Source: a virus (Duplodnaviria; Heunggongvirae; Uroviricota; Caudoviricetes). Taken from it: a stretch of DNA of 64,000 nt. A program made the position numbers and the translations under genes. The notes beneath the pieces were generated by a model. That model was given only the letters and a program-made list of their open reading frames with translations, had not been told where the DNA came from and searched no databases. Of the stretch, positions 1-9,579 are shown one piece after another. Where the stretch lies: positions 330,267-394,266 of IMG/VR virus record IMGVR_UViG_3300021400_002728; one strand, given 5' to 3'. Within the stretch, counting starts at the first letter, position 1. Every line of letters starts with the position of its first letter.

Positions 1-93
1 TGCTTGAGCAGTTTCATTTCTATGTTTCAAACTTTGCCAAGCCTTTGGAAGCACTACAGTAGTTTTTTCTTTGCTTTTCTTTTCCTTAGCCAT
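1..93 (-). CDS. Hypothetical protein, N-terminal part only (runs off the window)
   Basis: ATG at 93 with upstream AAGGAG; frame is open to base 1 (MAKEKKSKEKTTVVLPKAWQSLKHRNETAQA...). Not in the ORF track. Confidence 0.6.
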   Translation of the reverse strand, partial: MAKEKKSKEKTTVVLPKAWQSLKHRNETAQA

Positions 94-110
94 GCTAGTC
101 ACTCCTTTCT

Positions 111-686
111 TTATTTAGTCAATTGTTTCTTTATGTCTTCCATTCCGACATGCTGTCTGCCAAATACTTTGGCAAATATATCATCTTCTGTAAAATTTCC
201 ATATGATCTAGAATCAGCTGAATTCTGTCTATTATCACCTAAACAAAAATAGTGTTCATTATCTAGAGTAACACTAAAATCGTCAGTTCCACCATAGTTA
301 TAGGCATCATATGTCGGTTCACCATTTATATAAAGTGTATTTCCTTTATATTCAACAGTTTCACCAGGTAGACCAATTACCCTTTTAATTAGAGTCTTTT
401 GTGCATTGTCTGAGTAGATTACAACTACATCAAATCGCTGTAAATAATTATAATGTCTTTCAGCTAACAATATGTTAGCATCTTGATAATTAGGTTCCAT
501 AGATGGACCTGCTACTAATACTATTGTGTATTTAATATTAAATAGCATTACAAGGACTATAGCAATCATTAATATGATACACTTGATTTGTTTATACCAA
601 GGTTTCGTTTGTGGAACAATTTCATCTTTTTCTATTTCTTCAACATTTTCTTCTTTAGTTGTTTCAACTTTTACTTCTTCATCCAT
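111..686 (-). CDS. lepB: Signal peptidase I (S26)
   Basis: One TM segment, then GPSMEP (catalytic Ser), LIKRVIGLPGE (catalytic Lys) and GDNRQNSADSR. Start moved to 686 (MDEEVK), which follows GAGGA. Confidence 0.93.
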   Translation of the reverse strand: MDEEVKVETTKEENVEEIEKDEIVPQTKPWYKQIKCIILMIAIVLVMLFNIKYTIVLVAGPSMEPNYQDANILLAERHYNYLQRFDVVVIYSDNAQKTLIKRVIGLPGETVEYKGNTLYINGEPTYDAYNYGGTDDFSVTLDNEHYFCLGDNRQNSADSRSYGNFTEDDIFAKVFGRQHVGMEDIKKQLTK

Positions 687-1803
687 TATTCGCTTCCTCA
701 CTTTGTGTACTCTTTACAGTAGAATCAAGCAACATTTTATATGCAGATTCTTCCTTAATAGAATAATTAGTAATTCTCTGTGCTGGAGCTGTCCAAGGCG
801 CTACGAATAATCTACAAGTTCCAAGTCCTTTTGCTTCTTTATACGCTTTTTTAACTTGTTCTACAATATAATTATTGCCACACAAGTATAATAAGAAACC
901 AAAGACCATATTATCTTTATAAGACTTCATAATTTTATCATAACGATTACCAGTCTTAGCAGAGAGTTCCATTTCAATTGCCCAACTTTGCGGCTGTCCA
1001 TTAGGTAGTCTAAATGCTGGAATTACTAAGTCAGGACGCTGTGTATAGATCCCATCTTTATTCTTTTCAGGATCTTCTGTAGCTAATGTAAAGAGTGAAT
1101 AGTCTTGAAATTCTGCAGTAAATTTTGCTTTATTTCTAATAGACTGAATAAGTTTGTCTTGACCTTCTCTTACTGAAGCAGCGTCAATTTTGCCTTTATA
1201 TTCTTCTTCAGTAAAGATAGGTACACCAACTTTCTGTTGTGATTTGATCTTTAATGGATGATATGTAGGTAAGCATTGTGCTTCACTCTTTTGAATAAAA
1301 TACCAAATTTCTGATGTAGGATTTCCCATCATAACATCAAACATAATCTGCATTTCTGCACATGTATGATTAAGTAAATTAAATGGAACATCTACATATC
1401 CAGGTCTATTTTTATGTTCTATTCCATTTTTATCAACCCAGGTAGAATCATAAATATCCATTAAATCAAATAAAAAGTAGGTTGGTCTGATAAACACACC
1501 AGTTGAACCAGTCTGTGCCCATACTAAACCAACTCTAATAAATCTCTCAATCTGATTATAACCGTTAGTTGCATATACTTCATACCACTGCTGAATTAAC
1601 CAAGCAGGAGCCCATCTAAAACGAGCTATAATATAAAGTACTACTTCATCAAGAGTATAAATAGAAGCCACGTCATCAATCGTTTTGATCTCGACGTGAT
1701 CTGCATACATATTTACATGAGGTGTAACTTTTGGATATCGATAGTATGTATTTTTTACAGCTTCTTCATCCTGTATTTCTAGTAATTCTAATTGACTTCT
1801 CAT
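679..1803 (-). CDS. Replication-relaxation / MOBC-like relaxase (PD-(D/E)xK fold)
   Basis: LLNHTCAE, then RPD...AIEMELSAKTGNRY, matching the MOBC-type D-xn-ExE-xxxK-xxx-RY signature. Confidence 0.7.
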   Translation of the reverse strand: MRSQLELLEIQDEEAVKNTYYRYPKVTPHVNMYADHVEIKTIDDVASIYTLDEVVLYIIARFRWAPAWLIQQWYEVYATNGYNQIERFIRVGLVWAQTGSTGVFIRPTYFLFDLMDIYDSTWVDKNGIEHKNRPGYVDVPFNLLNHTCAEMQIMFDVMMGNPTSEIWYFIQKSEAQCLPTYHPLKIKSQQKVGVPIFTEEEYKGKIDAASVREGQDKLIQSIRNKAKFTAEFQDYSLFTLATEDPEKNKDGIYTQRPDLVIPAFRLPNGQPQSWAIEMELSAKTGNRYDKIMKSYKDNMVFGFLLYLCGNNYIVEQVKKAYKEAKGLGTCRLFVAPWTAPAQRITNYSIKEESAYKMLLDSTVKSTQSEEANNG

Positions 1804-2342
1804 TCTTTAATCTCAACTTTCTGAACAGTGTATCTTTTACCGTCAGTTGCTACGAAATCATTAATAGCTGTAAAGTAGATATAAGGAATTACTGGAATTA
1901 CTGCCCACAATATAATCCACCAAGGATTTTTCTTGTGTTTCATTGTGAACTGCCACATCATCATGCACCATAAAACTAATGTTATAAGAGCAAATGCTAT
2001 CAGTACATACTTAGTAGCTACTGCAATAGTTCCTATAGTTGTAGGTACCTGAACTTCTACTGTACTAAATTCACCTTCAGAAGAAGGTAAAGTAATTGCA
2101 TAAGCATATGTCTGCATAATCCAGATTTCGTATCCAAAACAGAAGGCAAAGTATAACCAAAATACTACATGTGATATTCCATTAGCAATAGCTAATTTTT
2201 TACATCCTACAGACTTTCCTAATTTATATTTATTAAATCCTGGTATAAATGCTTGCTTAACAGGTATACCTCGTTTATAGAACATAATGGCTCTACATAC
2301 AGCACATATAATAGTTAATATAAATACTGCACCAATTGTCAT
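1800..2342 (-). CDS. 4-TM membrane protein, DUF5684-like
   Basis: Hydrophobic helices with FYKRGIPVKQAFIPGFNKY and WAVIPVIPYIYF; stop overlaps the relaxase start (ATGA). Confidence 0.55.
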   Translation of the reverse strand: MTIGAVFILTIICAVCRAIMFYKRGIPVKQAFIPGFNKYKLGKSVGCKKLAIANGISHVVFWLYFAFCFGYEIWIMQTYAYAITLPSSEGEFSTVEVQVPTTIGTIAVATKYVLIAFALITLVLWCMMMWQFTMKHKKNPWWIILWAVIPVIPYIYFTAINDFVATDGKRYTVQKVEIKE

Positions 2343-2406
2343 TTTTCTAACTTCCTTTCTAAAATCATCATTCTTTATCTACTAGAATGATATCTATATT
2401 GCATAT

Positions 2407-2424
2407 TATTATTAAATAGCTTTT
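2407..2424 (-). promoter_or_regulatory. Element-specific box (AAAAGCTATTTAATAATA) upstream of the relaxase/lepB operon
   Basis: One of 10 same-orientation copies of the GAAGAGCTATTTAATWWTA consensus. Confidence 0.65.
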
Positions 2425-2440
2425 GAGATAAAAACACCCC

Positions 2441-3811
2441 TTAAGCGAGTGTTTTAGCTAGCTCAAGGAGTGCTGTTCTTTCATTTTTAACCTGATCATC
2501 AATAACTGCATCAAAGAGACTTTTAAGAATTTGACCTACAAGAGGACCTGGCTTGATGTTGAGTAGATCGATAATATCTTTACCACCAACCTCAAGGTCA
2601 GTGATCTTGAAAGCATTTTCCTGCTCTACTACAATATCAATATTTTTCTTAAATATCTCAAATCTCTGAAGCATATCGTTCCAAGCATCTTCTTCACCTA
2701 CAGGACATCTATGGTCCATAATATCAGCTTCTTTAAGGAAGATCCAGTCTCTTACAAGTTCTTCACTAGTATTGACGATAAATCTTCTAATGTGTTTGTA
2801 TTCAGGACTAACCGTATCATCGTGATGAAGAATAAGATCAATAATCCGTTCTCTTTCTCTTACAGAAAGTCTAAGGTCTTTTTCAAATACTTCTCTTGCA
2901 ATATCTACACTGACAAGCTGATGTCCGTAGAAATGATCACAATTGTATTCATCATCATGAACTCTACTAGCAGGTTTACCAATATCATGAAGCAGTGCCG
3001 CAAGCTTAATCTCAAACTTATTAGACTTGCAACCATCTACAACATAAAGAATATGCTCGTAAATATCATGAGGATGCCATCTACTATTGTGAGGTGCACC
3101 AATACAAGGTTTCATCTCAGGAATGATAACACTCACAATATCAGAAAACTCAGTGAAGATTTCTCTAATAGGATTACCACTTACAAGCATCTTACGAAGC
3201 TCATCAGTGATTCTTTCTTTAGAGATACATTCATCAAGTCTCTTAAGAACTTCAACATCATGCATTGCAACCTTAGTAGAATCTTCAATAGTGAAGCCAT
3301 ACTTAATTGCAAATCTCATAGCACGAAGAACTCTAAGAGGATCTTCAATGAATCTCTGTTTTGCATCACCAACACAACGAACAATACCTTTTGCAAGATC
3401 ATCTCTACCATTGAAAGGATCTACGAATTCGTTCGTAACAGGATTCTTAGCAATAGCATTCATAGTGAAGTCACGTCTTGCAAGATCTTCTTTAAGTGAA
3501 GGTGTGAAAGTAACAGTATCAGGATGACGTCCATCATCATACTTACCATCAATTCTATATGTAGTCACTTCATAGAAGTCAGAGTCTTTGTTAACTCTAA
3601 CAGAAACAGTACCATGTTTCAGGCCTGTATCTATGTGTGAATTAAATAGTCTTTGAACCTGTTCAGGTAATGCATTAGTAGTAATGTCTATATCTTTTGC
3701 ATCACGACCCATGATAGAATCTCTAACGAATCCACCAACAAGGTAAGCCTCAAATCCATTCTTGATTAAGACTTCTGAAACTTTAATTGCATTTTCTAAC
3801 ATCTTGTCCAT
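2441..3811 (-). CDS. cca: CCA tRNA nucleotidyltransferase (class II) with HD domain
   Basis: VGGFVRD, DIDI, RRDFTMNA, EDPLRVLRAMRF, ERI and LLHDIGK motifs. Confidence 0.9.
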   Translation of the reverse strand: MDKMLENAIKVSEVLIKNGFEAYLVGGFVRDSIMGRDAKDIDITTNALPEQVQRLFNSHIDTGLKHGTVSVRVNKDSDFYEVTTYRIDGKYDDGRHPDTVTFTPSLKEDLARRDFTMNAIAKNPVTNEFVDPFNGRDDLAKGIVRCVGDAKQRFIEDPLRVLRAMRFAIKYGFTIEDSTKVAMHDVEVLKRLDECISKERITDELRKMLVSGNPIREIFTEFSDIVSVIIPEMKPCIGAPHNSRWHPHDIYEHILYVVDGCKSNKFEIKLAALLHDIGKPASRVHDDEYNCDHFYGHQLVSVDIAREVFEKDLRLSVRERERIIDLILHHDDTVSPEYKHIRRFIVNTSEELVRDWIFLKEADIMDHRCPVGEEDAWNDMLQRFEIFKKNIDIVVEQENAFKITDLEVGGKDIIDLLNIKPGPLVGQILKSLFDAVIDDQVKNERTALLELAKTLA

Positions 3812-3839
3812 ACTATCACCTCAATTTCATTATAGATAT

Positions 3840-3873
3840 ATTATAACATGAAAAAGATGTGATGTAAATAGTT
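3840..3873 (-). promoter_or_regulatory. Sigma-A type promoter for cca
   Basis: AACTATTTACA-17 nt-TATAAT with extended -10 TG. Confidence 0.8.
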
Positions 3874-3903
3874 TATATTTTAATTTTGTGGACTTCTTCT
3901 AGT

Positions 3904-4065
3904 TTATATATCTAATTCATCCATTTCCACTTCAGCGTCTAATGAGGTATCACCAGAGGTCTTAGGATAAACCATTGTATATTTATGATTTACATATTTA
4001 ACTATGATTATAGTTATCACCGTGAGTACACTAAGTACTGCTAGGATAGTATATAGCCTGCTCAT
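3904..4065 (-). CDS. Small single-TM protein with acidic tail (53 aa)
   Basis: GGGAGG SD, then MSRLYTILAVLSVLTVITIIIVKY...DAEVEMDELDI; below the ORF-track cutoff. Confidence 0.6.
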   Translation of the reverse strand: MSRLYTILAVLSVLTVITIIIVKYVNHKYTMVYPKTSGDTSLDAEVEMDELDI

Positions 4066-4087
4066 ATAAAGTTACCTCCCAATATTT

Positions 4088-4777
4088 TTATTTTACAATC
4101 TTCTTTTTAGACCCTCTTCTCAAATTCTCTTTTCTAGAGGGTCTTGCGGCAATATGATTAAATTTAGGTTGGTAAGATTCAATCATTGCTTGCTCCGCAT
4201 AAGTAAGAAGTTCATTAAACTCAAATTCATCTTTAAGTTTAGGAACTCTAAACAAAGTCTTATAAGATAGATCTGGAAGGTTATAGTTCTTTGCCATCTC
4301 ATAATATTTGAACTCTACCTTATGAGGCATCTTACTAATTGAAATTCTTTGTTTATGAAGTTTAGTTCCATTAATCTGGAATTTTGCTTTCTTAAAATTT
4401 TCTTTGTGCTGTTTGATTCTCATTGAAATATTGACACTTTGACCTACATACAAACAAGTAGATCCACAGAAGATTCCATAGATTCCCGCAGTATTTGATA
4501 TTCTCTGCATAAATTGAGACTGGTATCTTCTATTCAAATGAGTTAATCTTTTTCTATATGGATATAAGAAATGTGTTTTAGTGATCTTATCACCAAATCT
4601 ATCCTTATTATCCTTAACTAAATAAATAGCAGTTTTTAGTTCTAAACATTTTTGGCATTGTCGATTTATAAACCAAGTATTGCCATGTATTTTACAAGTA
4701 TCTTTGTATTTTGTATCTTTGTGATCCCAACATACAACATACTTGCCGCTATTACATCCGCATATCTTGCATTTCAT
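4088..4777 (-). CDS. GIY-YIG nuclease with Cys-rich N-terminus (free-standing homing endonuclease-like)
   Basis: AGIYGIF...LYVGQSVNISMRIKQH...AEQAMIESYQPKFN; N-terminal CxxC motifs. Confidence 0.8.
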   Translation of the reverse strand: MKCKICGCNSGKYVVCWDHKDTKYKDTCKIHGNTWFINRQCQKCLELKTAIYLVKDNKDRFGDKITKTHFLYPYRKRLTHLNRRYQSQFMQRISNTAGIYGIFCGSTCLYVGQSVNISMRIKQHKENFKKAKFQINGTKLHKQRISISKMPHKVEFKYYEMAKNYNLPDLSYKTLFRVPKLKDEFEFNELLTYAEQAMIESYQPKFNHIAARPSRKENLRRGSKKKIVK

Positions 4778-4803
4778 TTAGCGACCTCCTTACTAGAAAA
4801 TAT

Positions 4804-5076
4804 CTAATGATTTTTTACCTCCGTCCATGCGGCTTTCAAATGTTTTTCTATTTCTGGTAAGTTAGACTTAGCACAATAATAAGCTGTATATGTAGCAGTT
4901 ATTCCTTTATCACCTAAATATAATACTAAATTTAAGCCATTTTTATTAGTAGTAAAGTATGGATATATACTATCCCATGTTTTATCACATAATTTTTGAT
5001 GGATTATATAATGATCTTTTTTATATAACGAATATCCACGCTTTTTTACAGTACCATATTTATCAAATAAACACAT
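4804..5076 (-). CDS. Hypothetical protein
   Basis: ORF packed between neighbours with an upstream purine-rich SD. Confidence 0.5.
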   Translation of the reverse strand: MCLFDKYGTVKKRGYSLYKKDHYIIHQKLCDKTWDSIYPYFTTNKNGLNLVLYLGDKGITATYTAYYCAKSNLPEIEKHLKAAWTEVKNH

Positions 5077-5096
5077 TGTCTAACTTCCCTCTTTCA

Positions 5097-5294
5097 TTAA
5101 TTATTTTCTAGTTTTTTAAGTGCACTTTGATATACTTGTGGAATATATTCATAAATCATTCCTTTATCATTACATACTTGTACACCAGTTATACTACTGA
5201 TGGTCTGACAAAATTTTTTGATCCTTTCAATATCCTGAGATTTAGGTCTGAAACGATCATCAAATAATGCTTCACGCTCCTCTTGAATATTCAT
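5097..5294 (-). CDS. Hypothetical protein
   Basis: AAGGAG SD; 65 aa. Confidence 0.55.
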   Translation of the reverse strand: MNIQEEREALFDDRFRPKSQDIERIKKFCQTISSITGVQVCNDKGMIYEYIPQVYQSALKKLENN

Positions 5295-5447
5295 CTGCCA
5301 ATTCTCCTTTTATATATAGATTTGACTTTCGTCAATTATTTTCAAATTTAGTAGAGGGCCTACTGAAATAGACCCTCTGAATAGTATTATGTTAATTCAT
5401 TAAAATTTTCTTCAGTCTAAACATTAATTTGAGTTAGTTCAGATTTC

Positions 5448-6101
5448 TTACTCTGTAATTGTTATATAACTTGTTGCAGTTGCTCCATCTGTAGATGTCC
5501 AATAAATTGGAAATGTTCCAATTCCATTAATAGCTCCGGCATCACATACTACCGTTCCAGAACTACTATCTAATGCACTATTTAATGCCGCTTCAATTGC
5601 AGCAGTTCCACCACTAGCTGAAGCAGTTACATCATGTACTTTTATATAAGCCTGTACTTTTGGTTGATCTGTAACAGAAGGTTTATTTTCTCCACTATTA
5701 GTAGAAGGCTTAGTGTCAGTTTTAGGCTGTTCTGTATTCTTATTATTATTCTTAGCGTCTTCAGCTTTCTTAGTGTCTTCCTCTGCTTGTTTATCTGCCT
5801 CTTCTTGTAATTCCTTGATCTTATCATCTAACTCAGACTCAATAGTAGTATATGCAGCATTATATGCTTCTTCATATACTTCATCATAAAGCTCTTGTCG
5901 AACTTCTTCTTTAACTTCTTCTTTTAACTCTGCTTTAATCTCTTCTCTTAAAGCATCATTACTAGTTGTAGTCTCTACAGTAGGTTTAGCCTGTTGAACT
6001 GACCTTGAACTTTTTGAACCTATATAGTAACCAGTCACTCCAACAAATCCTAAACATACTATAAACGCTCCTATAAGAAGTATTATAGTAGACTTCTTCA
6101 T
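5448..6101 (-). CDS. Membrane-anchored coiled-coil protein with small C-terminal beta domain
   Basis: N-terminal TM, E/K-rich stalk, C-terminus GTFPIYWTSTDGATATSYITITE similar to those of 6161 and 8446. Confidence 0.7.
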   Translation of the reverse strand: MKKSTIILLIGAFIVCLGFVGVTGYYIGSKSSRSVQQAKPTVETTTSNDALREEIKAELKEEVKEEVRQELYDEVYEEAYNAAYTTIESELDDKIKELQEEADKQAEEDTKKAEDAKNNNKNTEQPKTDTKPSTNSGENKPSVTDQPKVQAYIKVHDVTASASGGTAAIEAALNSALDSSSGTVVCDAGAINGIGTFPIYWTSTDGATATSYITITE

Positions 6102-6160
6102 TCTAATACCTCCTTACATTTTAATATAGAGGTCTCCTAAATAATTAAGAGACCTCATGT

Positions 6161-7348
6161 TTATTCTGTTAAAGTTACATATTGTGTACAAGATAATGAT
6201 CCATCAGGTGTTTGCCAATTTATAGTATATGTTCCAGGACCATCAGGTTGGTACGACAAAAATACTCCGCCAGTTTCAGGACTACAATATGCGTTATTTT
6301 TATCATAGTCATAGTAATGAATATGAGATTGAGCTCTCATTAAAAATGCTTGCATGACAATTGGATCACCACCAGGTGGACCATCAACTGACATTGACCA
6401 AGTAAAACTATCAGCAGTTAATTGTGGATGTTTTATTGTATTAGTTCCATCATCATTTATACCTGCATCTTGATCACCGTATCCAGAATCATTATCATTG
6501 TTAGGATTATCATCATCTCTATTAGTTTGTTCTGTTAATTGATTTACTTGTTCTTGTCGCTCTATAAGATCTCCAACATCTCTATTAGCAATAGTTTGTT
6601 TAACTAATAAAATTTGTAAATCAATTTTAGATATATTTCCAGAACTATCTGTAGCAGTATAAGTTACAATAATATTATCGTCAGAACTACTATCAAAATT
6701 CGGTTTTTCAGGATATGTTATAGTTATATCTTTTAAAGCTGAATAGTTATCAGTTATAGACATAATATAATCTTCTGCATTCCAATTTTTAGTATCATTA
6801 GTATATCTACGTAAAGTAACATTATGATACAGACCTTCACTAGTTTTAGGAAGTTCTTTTCCAGTTTTAGGATCTTTAAGAGTAACTACAGGTCCAGTAA
6901 TATCTTTAACTCTAACTGAAAGAGTAGTTGTATTATGTTTTACTCTATTATTAGAATTATATGTTATTATATAATCACCAATTGTAGCAGTATCTACATT
7001 TCCTTCAATAGTAAATGAATAAGCTTTATTTTCTGGATCTATAAAAGATTCATATTCTCGAGTATTAACTGTATCAATATAACTATCTGCAATAAAGTTA
7101 AAGTTCTCTTGATTATATGGAATTTCAATGTAAAATCCATTATCATCTTGACTTACATTTTTTAACATAATTTGAGGATTAGTAAGTGCATCATAAATAA
7201 AATCTCGTAAGAAAAATCCAGCGACGCATACATCAATAACTGTTATTACGGTTATCGCAAGTATGATTTTTGGTGCTTTACTTATATGTATCTCACCAAA
7301 TACGACGTCAGCGTCACCTTTATATTTCCAGGTAACAGTTTTGCTCAT
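6161..7348 (-). CDS. Membrane-anchored Ig-like (DUF5011/HYR-like) protein, paralogue 3
   Basis: WKYKG motif + TM + RDFIYD; VDTATIGDYIITY, VKDITGPVVTL, TYTATDSSGN. Confidence 0.75.
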   Translation of the reverse strand: MSKTVTWKYKGDADVVFGEIHISKAPKIILAITVITVIDVCVAGFFLRDFIYDALTNPQIMLKNVSQDDNGFYIEIPYNQENFNFIADSYIDTVNTREYESFIDPENKAYSFTIEGNVDTATIGDYIITYNSNNRVKHNTTTLSVRVKDITGPVVTLKDPKTGKELPKTSEGLYHNVTLRRYTNDTKNWNAEDYIMSITDNYSALKDITITYPEKPNFDSSSDDNIIVTYTATDSSGNISKIDLQILLVKQTIANRDVGDLIERQEQVNQLTEQTNRDDDNPNNDNDSGYGDQDAGINDDGTNTIKHPQLTADSFTWSMSVDGPPGGDPIVMQAFLMRAQSHIHYYDYDKNNAYCSPETGGVFLSYQPDGPGTYTINWQTPDGSLSCTQYVTLTE

Positions 7349-7366
7349 ACGTATTTTCCTTTCTTT

Positions 7367-8422
7367 TTATTGATGTGCATGCGAAGCTCTATGTTCAATC
7401 CATTCTGATTCTGGTACTTTTGCTCCACATTCTGGACAAGTATATATAAGATTATCTGAGTTTCCTCCTCCATTATTGTTATTATTTCCGCCACCACTAG
7501 AAGGTTTAGTAACAATAATAGGTTCTTCTTGTTTTTCATTCCATTCACTAATACGAGCTTGAAGTTTGTCATATAATATATCAGAATCTAGACTAACTAC
7601 TATACTAAGAATTTCTGAACTTATATTACCAAATTCATCTGTAGTAGTAAATTCTATAGAATAACTTTTAGTAGGAAGGTCAATAAGTTCTAAGTATCTA
7701 TTTTGTAGTTCTTCCATTTCTTCTAAGCTATATTTTTCTATATTTGTATCAAACTCACTTGTATCAATATATAAATTTTGAATGTCTAGTAATTGTACAG
7801 AATTACCTGATATAGTAATTTCATAAGTTAGGTTATCTCTTAAATAACTATTAGAAGATTTATCATCGGATATTGACTGAATAAAATTCATAGGATCAAA
7901 AGTTTGAATATCTTCATGATTATAGTAAAGAGTAACTTCATTTGTTTTAAGTGTAATAGTAGGTGCAATTTCATCTTTAGGAGTTAGAACTGTAACATTC
8001 ATAGTAATCTCATTTTCTTGAATGTGATTAGAAGAATGATAAGTAACAGTGTATTGTTCAGGACGTTGTGTATCTACATTACTGTCAATTACTAAAGTAT
8101 ATGGAAATTCTATAGATTCATCTGTAATATTATTTAGTGATTCTATAAACTTATCATATTTGATAGTTTTAGTTTTATCAATGTAGTCCAAAGGATCAAA
8201 ATCACTTTGGTATTGAACTACTATATTATCTTTAATAAGAACTATATGCGGATTATTGAGTTTGTCGTAGATAAAATCTCTTTTAATAAAGCCAATAATA
8301 CCAATAACAATGACAGCTAGAACTATAAAGGCAGTCAATATTTTTGGTAAAGGGCTTGCATGTCGCTCACCAAGAGTAATATCAGCTTCGCCCTTATAAT
8401 TCCAGGTCATTGTTTTACTCAT
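7367..8422 (-). CDS. Membrane-anchored Ig-like protein with C-terminal C2H2-like motif, paralogue 2
   Basis: WNYKG + TM + RDFIYD; DEIAPTITL, TTDEFGN; ends CPECG...HRASH. Confidence 0.75.
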   Translation of the reverse strand: MSKTMTWNYKGEADITLGERHASPLPKILTAFIVLAVIVIGIIGFIKRDFIYDKLNNPHIVLIKDNIVVQYQSDFDPLDYIDKTKTIKYDKFIESLNNITDESIEFPYTLVIDSNVDTQRPEQYTVTYHSSNHIQENEITMNVTVLTPKDEIAPTITLKTNEVTLYYNHEDIQTFDPMNFIQSISDDKSSNSYLRDNLTYEITISGNSVQLLDIQNLYIDTSEFDTNIEKYSLEEMEELQNRYLELIDLPTKSYSIEFTTTDEFGNISSEILSIVVSLDSDILYDKLQARISEWNEKQEEPIIVTKPSSGGGNNNNNGGGNSDNLIYTCPECGAKVPESEWIEHRASHAHQ

Positions 8423-8445
8423 ATTATCTTAATTTTCCTTTCATA

Positions 8446-9579
8446 TTATTCTGTAGTTTCTTCTATATAGTCTTCTTCTACATGTGTATCATCTTTTACG
8501 GTGATCTTTTGTGTACAAGTTAGACCATCAGTTGTACTCCAAAGAACTTCATAGGTACCTGGTTCAGTGATATTTTCTGTTACAAAAGCACCAGAAACAG
8601 GATAGAATGATTCTTCTCCATTATAATCAATGAGTTCCATAGCAGCTAATACAAATCCATCCGAACCACTAGATAAAGGCCAAATCATATCATTAGCTTC
8701 TATACTAATAGTAGGAGTTTCTGTAATAGGTTCTGGATCATCTTCCTTAGTTCTTTCCCAGTTACCTAATAAAATATTCAATTCACGTTCCATAGCATTG
8801 ATTCTCTCTTTTTGAGATTCTGCTACAGCATCATATTTATCCATTACTGTAAGAGGAAGTCTAGCAACACTAGAGTTACCTGCTTTATCTACTGCAGTAT
8901 AGATAATTTCAAAGTTTTGTATTCCTTTTCCATTTTCGAGATCGATATCCTGACCAGTATTATCAAGTTTTATATCTTTCTCTTCATAGAAATCATCTGT
9001 TACAGACACTAAATAGTCATTAGCATTAAAGTCTAAAGTACCTAAAATATCATCACTATTATGAGCGCCTCTAACTAATATAATAGGATCATATTCACCA
9101 CTATCGTTAAAAGTAGATTTTAGTTTAATTACAGGAGCAGTTAGATCTTTAACATGAACCATTACTTTAATAGTCTGTTCAGACATTTTATTGGCTGAAT
9201 GATATATTAAGGTATAATCTCCTATAACATTTGTATCAACACTACCTTCTATAGAATAAGTATAGTTAGTGTTATTAGGATCCATAAACTCTTCATATTT
9301 TAATGTTGTTTCATCGTTTATATAATTTTCCGGATGAAACTCATACTTGTATGGTAGATTCAAATAATAACCATTTTCATTAATATTTGCATACAACTGT
9401 ATTTGAGGATTATTCACTATATCATAGATATAATCTCTTAAAATGAAAGCAGCGCCGCCTATAGCTACCAATACAAGTGTAGTAAAAATAGCAATAATAG
9501 TAGGTAAAGGACTATTCGCCTTAGCACCAAAGGACGCAGTAGGTCGGCCTTTATAATACCATTCTTGTATTTGACTCAT
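8446..9579 (-). CDS. Membrane-anchored Ig-like protein, paralogue 1
   Basis: WYYKG + TM + RDYIYD; VDTNVIGDYTLIY, VKDLTAPVIKL, YTAVDKAGN. Confidence 0.75.
   Translation of the reverse strand: MSQIQEWYYKGRPTASFGAKANSPLPTIIAIFTTLVLVAIGGAAFILRDYIYDIVNNPQIQLYANINENGYYLNLPYKYEFHPENYINDETTLKYEEFMDPNNTNYTYSIEGSVDTNVIGDYTLIYHSANKMSEQTIKVMVHVKDLTAPVIKLKSTFNDSGEYDPIILVRGAHNSDDILGTLDFNANDYLVSVTDDFYEEKDIKLDNTGQDIDLENGKGIQNFEIIYTAVDKAGNSSVARLPLTVMDKYDAVAESQKERINAMERELNILLGNWERTKEDDPEPITETPTISIEANDMIWPLSSGSDGFVLAAMELIDYNGEESFYPVSGAFVTENITEPGTYEVLWSTTDGLTCTQKITVKDDTHVEEDYIEETTE

Noticed and set aside
535-549. Box-like ATATTAAATAGCA inside lepB (weaker matches at about 4621 and 54791)
   Set aside because: They lack the AAGAG/AAAAG flank and are either far from a start codon or inside another promoter; not counted as boxes.
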